Of a stretch of DNA of 64,000 nt, positions 19,065 to 28,694 are shown piece by piece. The position numbers were made by a program, and so were the translations under genes. Below the pieces are notes generated by a model. It had not been told where the DNA came from, made no database searches, and saw only the letters and a program-made list of their open reading frames with translations. The DNA is from a virus. Taxonomy: Duplodnaviria > Caudoviricetes. Location: positions 1,352-65,351 of the IMG/VR virus record IMGVR_UViG_3300025154_000088; one strand, written 5' to 3'. Position 1 is the stretch's first letter. Each line of letters begins with the position of its first letter.

Positions 19065-19675
19065 GAGCAGGCTCCCTCCGTGGTGGGCAGTTCGTCCCAG
19101 GTCCGGCCGTCGAGAATGCGGCCAGCGGTTTTCTTGCCGACTCGGTGATCTTTCAGTGATATTGGCCCACCGGCCTTAAGCCGAGTTTCTCCACGAATCA
19201 TTTTTGATATGCGTTGAAGTGGAATATCGAAACGAGTTGCAAGGCTCGGCATGTCTGCACCGCCAGAAGAATATAGCGTCCGAATCTGGAAAACCACTTC
19301 ATCTGAAATGTTGCTGTAGTGATGGACACTATGGTCATAGCGCTTTTTTAACTCTATGTTTCCATAACGGTTGTCTGTCTTTTTCTCGTTTTTGTGGTGC
19401 AGGACTTCGTCATCTTTCGGCTTTGGGTTGCCAGCAGCGCACCATACCAAAAGGTGTTCGTGCGCGTAGCCATTGGGATCAGCCAATGGGTGTGTTAGCC
19501 CAACCCTGACAAGCTTGTATCCCTTTTCATCTATAAGCGTTTCGTTCCATTTATGGTGCGATGGGCCTCTGACATGGTTTTTATGTTTCCCTCTAAGATC
19601 AGGCAATTCGTCAACCGAACATCCAAGTTCCTTTGCCCGCTTTAACCTCCTATAGTGCGTGGTTTTACTTGGCAT
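19061..19675 (-). CDS. HNH homing-type endonuclease with C-terminal HTH
   Basis: GYAHEHLLVW...VLHHKNEKKTDNRYGNIEL...HSVHH. Confidence 0.85.
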   Translation of the reverse strand: MPSKTTHYRRLKRAKELGCSVDELPDLRGKHKNHVRGPSHHKWNETLIDEKGYKLVRVGLTHPLADPNGYAHEHLLVWCAAGNPKPKDDEVLHHKNEKKTDNRYGNIELKKRYDHSVHHYSNISDEVVFQIRTLYSSGGADMPSLATRFDIPLQRISKMIRGETRLKAGGPISLKDHRVGKKTAGRILDGRTWDELPTTEGACS

Positions 19676-20438
19676 TTGGCATCTCCCTAATCATCAAATC
19701 TTCTGGAATTGGGGCCTTTTTCGACATTTGCTTCATAAAAAATGACACCCCAGCCGCCGCGCACTGATCCCTCAAGGATCTTGCCCAGTCTGGATGCATT
19801 GGGCGGGAACCTGGGCCGGTTTCGCCTCCGCAAATCACCCAATCAAGCCCCTTGCTTGGAATGTCGTTCCCGCCTATCAAGGGTGGAAGTTCGCCAAGAT
19901 ACCAGCTTAGAGTAATAACGCCTAACATCGGTTCCACACTCACGAACCGAACCGATGCCGGGATCTGGAGTAGATGCGGTATCCTCTTGTCTGCCCACTC
20001 CTGATTTTCCACCGTCGTTCCGCACCAGACATGCGGCATGATCTCTGGAAAATCGTCACCGTAAAGGTACTTGATGCATTCCGCCATTCGTTCCGGCCGC
20101 TTGGTCAGGAGAAGAAAGGTGTTATCCTGATGCGCGGCCATGACCCGGAAGATACTCCGCATTTCTTCACCCCGGATATTTACCGCCTCATGGAAAAGAT
20201 CGGCCATGGAACAGACGAAAACCAGCTTCCCCGGTGAAAACATGTTGATGTCGATCTTGTCCGGGTGAAATGTCCCAGGCCGGAAAGGATCGTCTTCCGG
20301 ATAGCCGTACCTCCCCGCAAGCCGTTTAGCCATGCGCTCGGCGTAGCAGTTTTGACAGGCCGGACTGATCTTCGTACAACCAGTTATCGGGTTCCACGTC
20401 TCACCGCCCATCAGCCATTCGATCTTTGATTTTCCCAT
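19665..20438 (-). CDS. DUF5131 / Gp37-Gp68 family protein
   Basis: SKIEW...TWNPITGCTKISPACQNCYA, FVCSMADLFH, LLTKRP, FVSVEPML, WVICGGETG, FFMKQ. Confidence 0.9.
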   Translation of the reverse strand: MGKSKIEWLMGGETWNPITGCTKISPACQNCYAERMAKRLAGRYGYPEDDPFRPGTFHPDKIDINMFSPGKLVFVCSMADLFHEAVNIRGEEMRSIFRVMAAHQDNTFLLLTKRPERMAECIKYLYGDDFPEIMPHVWCGTTVENQEWADKRIPHLLQIPASVRFVSVEPMLGVITLSWYLGELPPLIGGNDIPSKGLDWVICGGETGPGSRPMHPDWARSLRDQCAAAGVSFFMKQMSKKAPIPEDLMIREMPNAK

Positions 20439-20728
20439 GCTTGCTCCTTGTTGGTTGAGGACCACCGCGGCCCGTGTTCTTTTCGATGACAATCTGGACA
20501 TAGCCAGCGGACATTCTGCAGGAGGTCGGATCCCCCTGCCCCTCTGCTTTTTAGGTGGGCGACATGACCAGTTGAGAAAACATCCATCTGCCCCTCAGCA
20601 TCCCGGAGAGGCGCGAAAGTCCCGCAGTCCTGGCAGATCCCCCGGAAGTGCTCGAAGACCTGCCTGCGGAAGGCGGTCTTGGCTTTGCCCTTGAGGCGGG
20701 TTCTCTGGGGCTTTGGGCAGGGGGTCAT
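20411..20728 (-). CDS. Small HNH endonuclease
   Basis: CQDC...HVAHLKSRGAGGSDLLQNVRWLCPDCHRKEH. Confidence 0.75.
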   Translation of the reverse strand: MTPCPKPQRTRLKGKAKTAFRRQVFEHFRGICQDCGTFAPLRDAEGQMDVFSTGHVAHLKSRGAGGSDLLQNVRWLCPDCHRKEHGPRWSSTNKEQAWENQRSNG

Positions 20729-21426
20729 GGCTCGCGCTTCCTGATGATTTGCATGATCTGCTTTCCGATCCACTCCGTATAGGCCGGAGGAATGGCCTGA
20801 CATATTTCATTCCATTTCATCCAATCGATTCCCATGAGTTCACGAGCCAGTGCCAGCTTTTTTTCGGTCCCGGTTATATCCCCTCCACGGTTTCGATTGC
20901 CCTTGATAGTTCGCTGCCGCGTCCTCGCGTGATCCCCATAGAAACCAATAACAGGAAGCCTATGGCGGCATGGGAGTTTGGGCATTCGGATGTTTGACTC
21001 AAAAAGCCGGTGCCTGCGTAATTCGTGTGTCCCGTTATTCAAACCAAAATGACTTCCGCACAGCATTATCCCTGATATCTCGGTAAACAGACTTGGTGGA
21101 TGGATTTCAAGCGGAGCACCAACCACGTTTTCTATGACCCATGGCTTTCCTGAATCGCGCAGTCTTTTTCTGGTGCCATCTATAAAGCACTTATGTTCTT
21201 TCGCATTCGGCATGACCTTGAGCGATGAATGAGCTTGACACGGCGGGCTTGCATGGATCACATCGAATCCATCCAGCGGATACGTAAGCGCATCGGCCTG
21301 ATGAAATTCAAACGGGTAATTTTTTTGAGGATTGATATCGACTCCTACCACTTCAAACCCGGCCCGATGGTAGCCCATTGAGCAGCCCCCAGCCCCTGAA
21401 AATAGGTCGAGAAGGCGCGGTTTCAT
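20725..21426 (-). CDS. DNA (cytosine-5) methyltransferase
   Basis: LDLFSGAGG (motif I), ASPPCQ (IV), IENV (VI), RRHR (VIII), QAIPP (X). Confidence 0.9.
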   Translation of the reverse strand: MKPRLLDLFSGAGGCSMGYHRAGFEVVGVDINPQKNYPFEFHQADALTYPLDGFDVIHASPPCQAHSSLKVMPNAKEHKCFIDGTRKRLRDSGKPWVIENVVGAPLEIHPPSLFTEISGIMLCGSHFGLNNGTHELRRHRLFESNIRMPKLPCRHRLPVIGFYGDHARTRQRTIKGNRNRGGDITGTEKKLALARELMGIDWMKWNEICQAIPPAYTEWIGKQIMQIIRKREP

Positions 21427-21854
21427 GGCTCAACCTTTCCCGGCGGGGGAATAAAAACCCCGTGCTCTACCGCGCTCCACCGACATATCCGCTCAACATA
21501 GCTGGTCTCCCCGCAAAAGAATTCCTCGGTGCTCATTTTCGTGGTGGATCCGCCGACGATTACGCCTGGCTGTATTTTGCTTTCGGTTGGGTTAAACATC
21601 CGCTTCATATCTTCGTGGCATTCTTCTACCGAATCGTATCCGAAATGATCCGCTAAAATAGCCAAAACAACTCCCCAGTAATACCGATTCTGCTCGTTGC
21701 TCCGCTTCGTTCGGTGCTTCCGGATCAGAATGTCAACCTTCGTTCCTGTCTTGAAGGTCCTGGTCCACCGGCGGATGGACTCCCTTTCCCGCTCCAGGAG
21801 CTTCAGCTTTCCGGAAACGATGTCCCCGGAAAATATGGGGATGGGCTGGGTCAT
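21423..21854 (-). CDS. NinB-like / hypothetical recombination-associated protein
   Basis: KRSNEQNRYYWGVV...STTKMSTEEF...IPPP. Confidence 0.55.
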   Translation of the reverse strand: MTQPIPIFSGDIVSGKLKLLERERESIRRWTRTFKTGTKVDILIRKHRTKRSNEQNRYYWGVVLAILADHFGYDSVEECHEDMKRMFNPTESKIQPGVIVGGSTTKMSTEEFFCGETSYVERICRWSAVEHGVFIPPPGKVEP

Positions 21855-22159
21855 TCTTCGATCCCGGCCAGCCTTCGAAGGTCTAATTTTGCGTTAATCA
21901 TGATGGCGCACCATTCTTTGTAGCCTTCGTAATTGTCGTTGAAAGTAATCCGCCAATACCCTGGCATATCCATTTCGATGCATTCAAAATAGTGCCTCAC
22001 AGCATCGGCGAGCGATTCCCCGGCCTCGTTACGGACCACCACCTGCCCCTCCCGGAAATCCACCCACTGACCGGCGTAGTAGATCCGGACTTCGCCTGCC
22101 GACTTGATAAGCGATGGGCATTGCACCGGCTTAATGTAGATCTCGATTTTTTCAGGCAT
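21851..22159 (-). CDS. Hypothetical protein
   Basis: 102-aa ORF coupled to the downstream gene. Confidence 0.5.
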   Translation of the reverse strand: MPEKIEIYIKPVQCPSLIKSAGEVRIYYAGQWVDFREGQVVVRNEAGESLADAVRHYFECIEMDMPGYWRITFNDNYEGYKEWCAIMINAKLDLRRLAGIEE

Positions 22160-22375
22160 TTTCTTCCTTTCACCACACTTCAGTTACCGGCTGGACACCA
22201 TTTCGGCGTCTTCGGATAGGTTTTAATGCAACCGACTTTCCCGCCTTCAAAGTTGGTGCAAAAATGGACTGTGTTCTTTGGGAATCTGTCTGTTCGCTCC
22301 AAGCTGCGGATGATATGCTTTTCGCATTCTTCGCAGGACATCCATGTCGACGTTCTTTCAACCGGTCCGATCATT

Positions 22376-24070
22376 TCACCATGCCTCCTGTATCGGCCCG
22401 GTCCAAACTTGGGCCTTCGTCGGAACCCTCGGCCTGCCGGTCCCCCGGATTCGATTTTGTGGGTAGGTAGCAAGAACGTGCCGGCGGACGGCCTCAAGTT
22501 CCTGGATGGTCATTTCCGCCCTTGGCTTTCCGAAGTGGGACAGGATCTCCCGGTTGATCTTCCCCGGGGGCTGGATACGGTTATTCCATTCGTACAGCCG
22601 GACGTGTCGTTCGATGGACTCCCGGAGGTCTTGTTCGATCTCGCTCGGGGTCTTCGGGAAGGGGGTCTGGACTTGGGGCCCGGACCCGTTTCCGCCAAGG
22701 TTTAGTTCTCGGCGGGAGGTGAGCCGGGATGCCAGCGGTGTGAAACTCAGGCGTTTCTCCCCTGATGGAGCCTTATCGAAAAGGGAAAGCTGCTCTTCCT
22801 CGTCTGAAAGGGCGCGGGATTTCCGGGCGATAGGAAGCTGATCTGATTCAATCCGGCGGACGATCTCTCGGAAAAGCGGGTCATCCGGTGCAAAAATGTA
22901 TCCGCACTGGTTTTCCCATCGACCGGCGGCGGGATCGATCCGGACGGCCCGGCAGATACATTGCTCTATCCATGGAATTGAGCGGACATGGGTCAGGATG
23001 GCTTCATGGGATACGCTTGGAACATCAAGGCCTTCGCTCGCCATGGCTATTGATACCAGAATATCGAGACCTCCGTCCTTGAACCGCTTTATGGCCTTGT
23101 GCGCGGCCTCGGATTCGTGGGAGGTGGCAATCTCAGAGGCGTACCAGCGGGCTTTCATCCAAGCGGCAGCAGCCTTAGCGTGCTTCAGGTTAGCCGTCAC
23201 GACCAGAAACTTTGAACTCGGCACCTTCGCCCTGTGCGCCCGCCAGTGTTCAAATGCGATTCCGAGAAGCTCCTCGGCGTATTCCGTGCTCAGAGCTGTG
23301 TAAATCGCCTTGCTGGCATCGTCTCCGGCCTTGGCCAGGGTTGTGGTTTTCTCTTTTCCGAATTCATCTTTCCAGGTGGCATGCCCATCGTGAAGGGAGA
23401 ATTTCAGCGGGATGATTGCCTTTTCGGAGAGGGCATCGGCCCGGCTGTATTCGATGATCCTGGTATCCTCTGTATCCTCAAGGACCGGGATCCAGCCGGC
23501 AGAAGAGGATTGATAATCAAGGAAGGCGATTCGCTGTTCATCCCCCCTGGCCATTGTCCCGGTCATCATGATTACGAATTTCGCCGCGGCGACGATGGGC
23601 GCCAAGGCTTGATGCCAAATTCCATCCTGTTCGACGTGATGGCCCTCGTCGAGGATCAGGATGTAACGTCTCAGAAGGAAGTCCTGCAGGACGGTCTTTT
23701 GGTCGTCAAGGCCTATGGCCTGGTAGGTCGTAATTATGCCCTCAAGTCCACGTAGCGGCGAAGGGGCGTTAGTTGATGCCCGGATGGACAGCCGGTGGCC
23801 AAGCATTTCCCGAAAGGCCAAATCCTGAAAATTCCTCTCCCCCTGGTACTGCAAGGACCGGCGAGGGCAGACCCAACAAATGGCATCGGCAAGCCCGGCG
23901 GTGATCAGCTTCCCGGCGAGGATAGGAATCAGGCTCTTACCTCCCCCAGGTGTAACTTTGCAGATGATCCGGCGCACTGGGTCCCCTGAGATGATGCCGT
24001 CGATGACCTGGGAGAATTCGCGCTGGTGCTTACGGAGCCTCAACTTTTGGTCTCCTTCGCGGGGGGCCAA
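22376..24070 (-). CDS. SF2 DExH-box helicase (ResIII-like)
   Basis: LRKHQ, TPGGGKS (Walker A), LILDEGHH, MMTGT, EGLDVP, QCICRAVR. Confidence 0.9.
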   Translation of the reverse strand: MAPREGDQKLRLRKHQREFSQVIDGIISGDPVRRIICKVTPGGGKSLIPILAGKLITAGLADAICWVCPRRSLQYQGERNFQDLAFREMLGHRLSIRASTNAPSPLRGLEGIITTYQAIGLDDQKTVLQDFLLRRYILILDEGHHVEQDGIWHQALAPIVAAAKFVIMMTGTMARGDEQRIAFLDYQSSSAGWIPVLEDTEDTRIIEYSRADALSEKAIIPLKFSLHDGHATWKDEFGKEKTTTLAKAGDDASKAIYTALSTEYAEELLGIAFEHWRAHRAKVPSSKFLVVTANLKHAKAAAAWMKARWYASEIATSHESEAAHKAIKRFKDGGLDILVSIAMASEGLDVPSVSHEAILTHVRSIPWIEQCICRAVRIDPAAGRWENQCGYIFAPDDPLFREIVRRIESDQLPIARKSRALSDEEEQLSLFDKAPSGEKRLSFTPLASRLTSRRELNLGGNGSGPQVQTPFPKTPSEIEQDLRESIERHVRLYEWNNRIQPPGKINREILSHFGKPRAEMTIQELEAVRRHVLATYPQNRIRGTGRPRVPTKAQVWTGPIQEAW

Positions 24071-24197
24071 TCCTTTTTATACATGTCGCGGAATTCCCCG
24101 CACTTCTTCCCCCACTTGGCGATTATTTGCCTGTGGAGCTTGCAGTAATTCTTGGTCCCTTCCCATCCGTGATGGGCACAAGTCCCGCATTCCTCGC

Positions 24198-24467
24198 TCA
24201 CGATTCCTCCACACTTACGACTTCTTCGTCCTTGATCTCATCCTTGACCTCATGCCCCCCGCAGCCATTTTTCAAGTCCCAGTTGTCGCACTCACCCATC
24301 GGGATAACCTCATGGCCCTGGGCGAGGTGGTCGCAGAGCACGGCCTTGATTTCCCTTACCGTCATCGGGGAACCGTCCTCACGGTTGAACATACCCTTGA
24401 AATCCTTATCTCCCCAGTTCGTGAGAACGCCTCTGACGCAAATTCCCATATGTAGGCTCTTTGTCAT
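24198..24467 (-). CDS. Hypothetical protein
   Basis: 89 aa, RBS AGGAGG. Confidence 0.6.
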   Translation of the reverse strand: MTKSLHMGICVRGVLTNWGDKDFKGMFNREDGSPMTVREIKAVLCDHLAQGHEVIPMGECDNWDLKNGCGGHEVKDEIKDEEVVSVEES

Positions 24468-24475
24468 GGTTCCTC

Positions 24476-27337
24476 CTATTCGATTGAAATGCCGCCGTCG
24501 TGAAAAACAAGCTGATGGTCGGCCATATCGGTGCAGTCTGGTTTGTGTGAAATGAAATAAAGGTTTTCGAATTCTCCCCTTTTCATGAAATTCGGGTAGA
24601 GGCTGACGAATCTCTTTGCGTTTTCAACGTCAAGGGCGCCGTCGAGTTCATCGCTGAAGGCTGTACGGTAGTCATAATTGCTTTTTTGCTTCGACACGAG
24701 CGTCATTCCCAGCCGGAGTGCTTGGATGGGCCATATCTGCTCACCTCCAGACCTCCAGTCCAACTGGACCTCTTCACCCTCTTTATCGATAATTTTGATC
24801 CAGAAAACCTCTTTGCCGGTCTCGGGGTCCTGGGTGTAGATTTTGAGGGTTCCGAAATCTGAATAAGACAGAAGCTCATTCGTCTCGTACATGATGGCGG
24901 GCACAACCGCATCGATTTCCAGCGCCCTAAGCCCCTTCGCCCCGCAGGCCTCCCGGAGGTAGATCCACTCTGAGGTGTCCCGGTCCCTGCGGGCTTTCTC
25001 GGTTTCGAGCTCCACTTTCCGGGCCAGCTTCTTTTCGGCCTCCTGGATATCCCGCTGAATACCGGCGATTCGGGTTTCCGTTCCCGCGATTTCTTTTTCC
25101 AGGTTTGCTATGGAAGCCCGGACCTTCTCGGCGGATTCCCGGGCGGCGACCAGCTTCCCGTCGGCCTCCAGATCGATCTTTCCTTCCTGGTCCCGGGAGA
25201 GGCTTTCCATGGACTGAATATTGGCGGTCAGGTCCTTGTCGCGGGCTTCCCATTTCTGCCGGGCGGCGGCCCCCTCGGTGGCCAGTTCCGCGATCCGGGC
25301 TTCCACCTGGGGGATGGAAGCCGCGGCTTTTTCGATCTCCGGGAGACGGGCGGCGAGCTCGGGTGCCCAAAGGCTGATCTTCTCCGATTCGATACGGATA
25401 TCCCTGGTGAGGTCGAAAATTGCCAAACCAAGTGTTTCTTCCCTTTTCGTCCATGCATCCCGGAGGGCGATCCCATCGGCGGTGATTTCAGACAGCCGGG
25501 TCTCTGCCGGGGAGAGTTTCCCCCGGGCCTGGTCGATCTCCGGGAGGTTGGCGGCGAGGTCGGCGGCCTTCCTTTGGGCTTCCATGTACCCGATGGCGGA
25601 TTCCTTCAGGCCGGCGAGACGGCCTCTGGCGATCTGGAGGTCTGACTGAATCTTGACGATTTCGGCCTTCCGTTTCGTCTGGGCGGCGGAGCCGTGTTTC
25701 TCGGCTGTGCCGGCCTGCTCGTTCAGGCTGTTGAATTCTGCCTCGGCCCGGGCGATCACCTCCCTGATGGCCTTGACCCGCAACAAGATTTCATCCTGTT
25801 TCGCAGTCAGAGAAGCCTCAAGCTCGGGCAGCCTTTGTTCGGCGTCGATGGCACCCTTGACCGCGGCGCATGTGGTCGAAGGACAGACAGTCCCGATGGT
25901 GTAGAAAAATCCCTTCCGTTCTTCGGCCCTTCGGTGGCAGTCCCGGACTTCGGATTCGAGACGGAAAAGTTCTTTGTCGTTCATGACCCGATCGACTTCA
26001 CGGCCAAGGTCGATCACGGATACGCTTTTTTCTTTCGCCTTGGCCCGGAGGTCATCGGCAAGCTTGTCCTCGGTCCTGGATTTGTCCCGGTGCTCCATCT
26101 CAAGCGCGTGGGCGGTGTCGGTGAGAAGGGTAACGGTTTCCTGTTCGGCGGTCATCTTTTCGGAGGTCTGCCGGTAAAGCTCGGAGGCCTCTTTTTCGTC
26201 CTGGGCGGCCTTGCGGATCCCGGATTCATTTTCCAGAAGCTTTTTCAGGGAGTCGATTTCGTGTTTGAGGGTGAGGTACTGGGTTTTCAGGGCGCCGGAC
26301 TTATTCTCGTATTCCCCTTTCTCCCGGTCGTAGTCGGCCTGCATGGCAGCAAGGCGGGCCTTCAGGTCGGTCACCTTGGCGGCGATGATCTCGTTCCGGG
26401 TGACGGCTTCGACGGCGGCCCGGATCTTCGGTTCTTCAGCGAGGACGGCTTTCAGGTTCTGGGCTTCGGCCAGCTTGGCGCCGTGGGCATCCTTCAACGC
26501 CTGCATGGCGGTCTCTGCCTCGGTCTTCAGCCGGTCGTATTCGGTTTGGGCGGCGGTGATCTGCTTCCGGGTCTCGGATAGTTGGGCAGCCAGGACGGCG
26601 TTCCGGTTGACGGCTTCGGCGGCCTCGGTGACGGCCTGGTCGGCCGAATAAACGTCCTGCTTCATGTCGAGACGAAGGGCCACGGATTTTACGAGGGAGT
26701 TGTCAGCTTCTTCCAGGGCTGCCCGGTGCCGCTGGATCTCATCAGCCACACCATTCAGCCCGGCGATGTCCTGAAGAATTCTGGATGTGATCAGGGAGAT
26801 GGAGTTTACGGCCTGTTTGCTGGTGGCCTCGTGCTGCTCGAGGACATGGAGACGGAGAAACTCCGAAAAGAGCTTCTTCAATTCGCCGGTGGTCAGGTCG
26901 GAAATCTTTTTTGACCCCTGGGCGGCAAAAACGCTCGAAAAAAAGAGCTCAGGGGATCCCAGAAGGTCTACAAGATACCGGTCAAAGCTCCGGACTTTCC
27001 CGTCAACCTGGGGGACTCCGTTCCGCCACACAAACGCCTCCTGCCGGTCTGATTCAGCATCGATCTTCACGAGGGTGCGGTATTCGTCGCCGTTGAGCAT
27101 GAAAGACAGGTGCTTTTCGCTGTCCCGAAGAAAGCAATGCCGGGCGAGGGTTCCGCTGCGGCTGGCGAGGGTGCGGTACGGACTGAGATTTTCAAGCAGG
27201 GTCGATTTCCCCGCGCCATTTTTTCCGCTGAAAGCGATCAGGCCATTCAAGCCGGATAGGTCAAGGGAGATTTCATCGATTCCCATACCCCGGCGAATCC
27301 CAGTAAAGCCCCTGAGTTTTTGGGATAAGATCTTCAT
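24476..27337 (-). CDS. SbcC/Rad50-like SMC ATPase
   Basis: GKNGAGKST, AAQG Q-loop, long coiled coil with central CPSTTC, SGGEQ signature, DELDGALD, FISH. Confidence 0.9.
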   Translation of the reverse strand: MKILSQKLRGFTGIRRGMGIDEISLDLSGLNGLIAFSGKNGAGKSTLLENLSPYRTLASRSGTLARHCFLRDSEKHLSFMLNGDEYRTLVKIDAESDRQEAFVWRNGVPQVDGKVRSFDRYLVDLLGSPELFFSSVFAAQGSKKISDLTTGELKKLFSEFLRLHVLEQHEATSKQAVNSISLITSRILQDIAGLNGVADEIQRHRAALEEADNSLVKSVALRLDMKQDVYSADQAVTEAAEAVNRNAVLAAQLSETRKQITAAQTEYDRLKTEAETAMQALKDAHGAKLAEAQNLKAVLAEEPKIRAAVEAVTRNEIIAAKVTDLKARLAAMQADYDREKGEYENKSGALKTQYLTLKHEIDSLKKLLENESGIRKAAQDEKEASELYRQTSEKMTAEQETVTLLTDTAHALEMEHRDKSRTEDKLADDLRAKAKEKSVSVIDLGREVDRVMNDKELFRLESEVRDCHRRAEERKGFFYTIGTVCPSTTCAAVKGAIDAEQRLPELEASLTAKQDEILLRVKAIREVIARAEAEFNSLNEQAGTAEKHGSAAQTKRKAEIVKIQSDLQIARGRLAGLKESAIGYMEAQRKAADLAANLPEIDQARGKLSPAETRLSEITADGIALRDAWTKREETLGLAIFDLTRDIRIESEKISLWAPELAARLPEIEKAAASIPQVEARIAELATEGAAARQKWEARDKDLTANIQSMESLSRDQEGKIDLEADGKLVAARESAEKVRASIANLEKEIAGTETRIAGIQRDIQEAEKKLARKVELETEKARRDRDTSEWIYLREACGAKGLRALEIDAVVPAIMYETNELLSYSDFGTLKIYTQDPETGKEVFWIKIIDKEGEEVQLDWRSGGEQIWPIQALRLGMTLVSKQKSNYDYRTAFSDELDGALDVENAKRFVSLYPNFMKRGEFENLYFISHKPDCTDMADHQLVFHDGGISIE

Positions 27338-27891
27338 GCCGCTTTCCTTTCTATCTCCGCGACCACCTGGCGAAGTTTCTTGTCAATTTCTTCCTGAATT
27401 TTCGGGTTTGCCCGGACTGCAAAAGCCTTTATCCTTCCGCTTTCCCTGCTCTCGTAAACGACCAGGGATTCATCGAAGTACCCATAGAGCATATACCCCT
27501 GCATCTGCCAGTAAACCTTTCGGGGAAGCTTCCCATTTTCCGGGATCCAGGAATCCATGAGAACGCTTTTGCAGTCGCCAGGGCGGCGATCGAAACGGAA
27601 ATCTGGGTGGCCCTTAACAATCCCATCGAAGGCGCTTATTTCCCCTCCGGCAGAAATGAATTCGGGGTGAGTCTTGATCAGCCTTCCCCGAAGATCATCC
27701 TCCATCTGATAGCCCTTGTAGCAGCGTAGGCGGATTGTAATGCCGTCTGCGAATCCAACTCGGTATTGATCGATCAGTTCATCCACCGAAAGAGCACAGT
27801 TGGACAGGGAAATGTAATCCCGTATAAGTTCGTAGCGGCTGTACCTCGCCGTATAGGCTTCAAGACTTTTTGCTATTTGCTCTGCGTTCAT
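27334..27891 (-). CDS. PD-(D/E)XK nuclease (Cas4/lambda-exonuclease-like superfamily)
   Basis: KGHPD...DCKS...WQMQGYM: D, DxK and QxxxY motifs. Confidence 0.7.
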   Translation of the reverse strand: MNAEQIAKSLEAYTARYSRYELIRDYISLSNCALSVDELIDQYRVGFADGITIRLRCYKGYQMEDDLRGRLIKTHPEFISAGGEISAFDGIVKGHPDFRFDRRPGDCKSVLMDSWIPENGKLPRKVYWQMQGYMLYGYFDESLVVYESRESGRIKAFAVRANPKIQEEIDKKLRQVVAEIERKAA

Positions 27892-28069
27892 CCTTCTTTC
27901 CTTTCCTTCCAGCGCACACCGGCCCAATTTTCTTTTTAACGCTGTCCGGATCCCGAAGCCTCCGGTTGCATATCCGGCACCGGCATTGCGCCCAATCCGG
28001 GAAAAGTTCTTGTTGGGATAGGTGTTCCCATTTGGGGAACATGGGTTGCTGTCCGGTAGGCGTGTCCAT
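27860..28069 (-). CDS. DUF6011-like small zinc-binding protein
   Basis: CRICNRRLRDPDSVKKKIGPVCA. Confidence 0.65.
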   Translation of the reverse strand: MDTPTGQQPMFPKWEHLSQQELFPDWAQCRCRICNRRLRDPDSVKKKIGPVCAGRKGKKDERRANSKKS

Positions 28070-28073
28070 TCAA

Positions 28074-28682
28074 TCATCTGCCCGTTTCTGGTTTCCTGAT
28101 TCTGAGCGTATCTCCGGTTTTAGGGCAGATGATTTCCCCTTTGTCGAGGATCAAATCCATGAGTTTTTTCGTGAGCCAAACATCGGTAAGGCAGTAATCA
28201 ATCAGGTCTCCGTAGCACTTATCCTGAAATAGTACAGGTGCGCTTGCCCCATGCCCTGTTTTGCCGATGCATCCAGGGAAATTCGCCCTGATCACGGCAT
28301 CAAGCCCGTAGCCTGTGTGGGAAGGATATTCAAATGTTGGCCCAAGCCCTGCGCCTATCCAGATCTCGCGGAGGATGTCGTAGGATTTCAAATCTGGGAA
28401 TGTATCCGGCAAAAATCGTCCGTTGGCAGAAATGACCTTGTTGTCGAAGCCGATGTTGTTGAAACCGATGAGCGTGTGACGGGTTTTCGCAAGAATTGAA
28501 AACGCAATCAAATTCTCTTCCATGAAAACTCGGTATCTGTCTTCTTTGTAATCGTAGGCACAAATGCAGGAAATGCCCATGTTCGCGTGGTCATTCCAGC
28601 CACCGCAATACTCAACGCCTGCGATTATTTGTTCATTCTTTCCTTGAATTGCCTTTGCGATCTCGATGTCATAAATCAGCAT
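28074..28682 (-). CDS. RNase H-fold (DEDD) 3'-5' exonuclease
   Basis: IYDIE (ExoI), GFNNIGFD (ExoII), YCLTDV (ExoIII). Confidence 0.85.
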   Translation of the reverse strand: MLIYDIEIAKAIQGKNEQIIAGVEYCGGWNDHANMGISCICAYDYKEDRYRVFMEENLIAFSILAKTRHTLIGFNNIGFDNKVISANGRFLPDTFPDLKSYDILREIWIGAGLGPTFEYPSHTGYGLDAVIRANFPGCIGKTGHGASAPVLFQDKCYGDLIDYCLTDVWLTKKLMDLILDKGEIICPKTGDTLRIRKPETGR

Positions 28683-28694
28683 TTCGATGTCCTT

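Noticed and set aside
27334-27891. True CRISPR Cas4
   Set aside because: The four-Cys Fe-S motif is missing and there is no cas1, cas2 or array; it is a generic PD-(D/E)XK nuclease.
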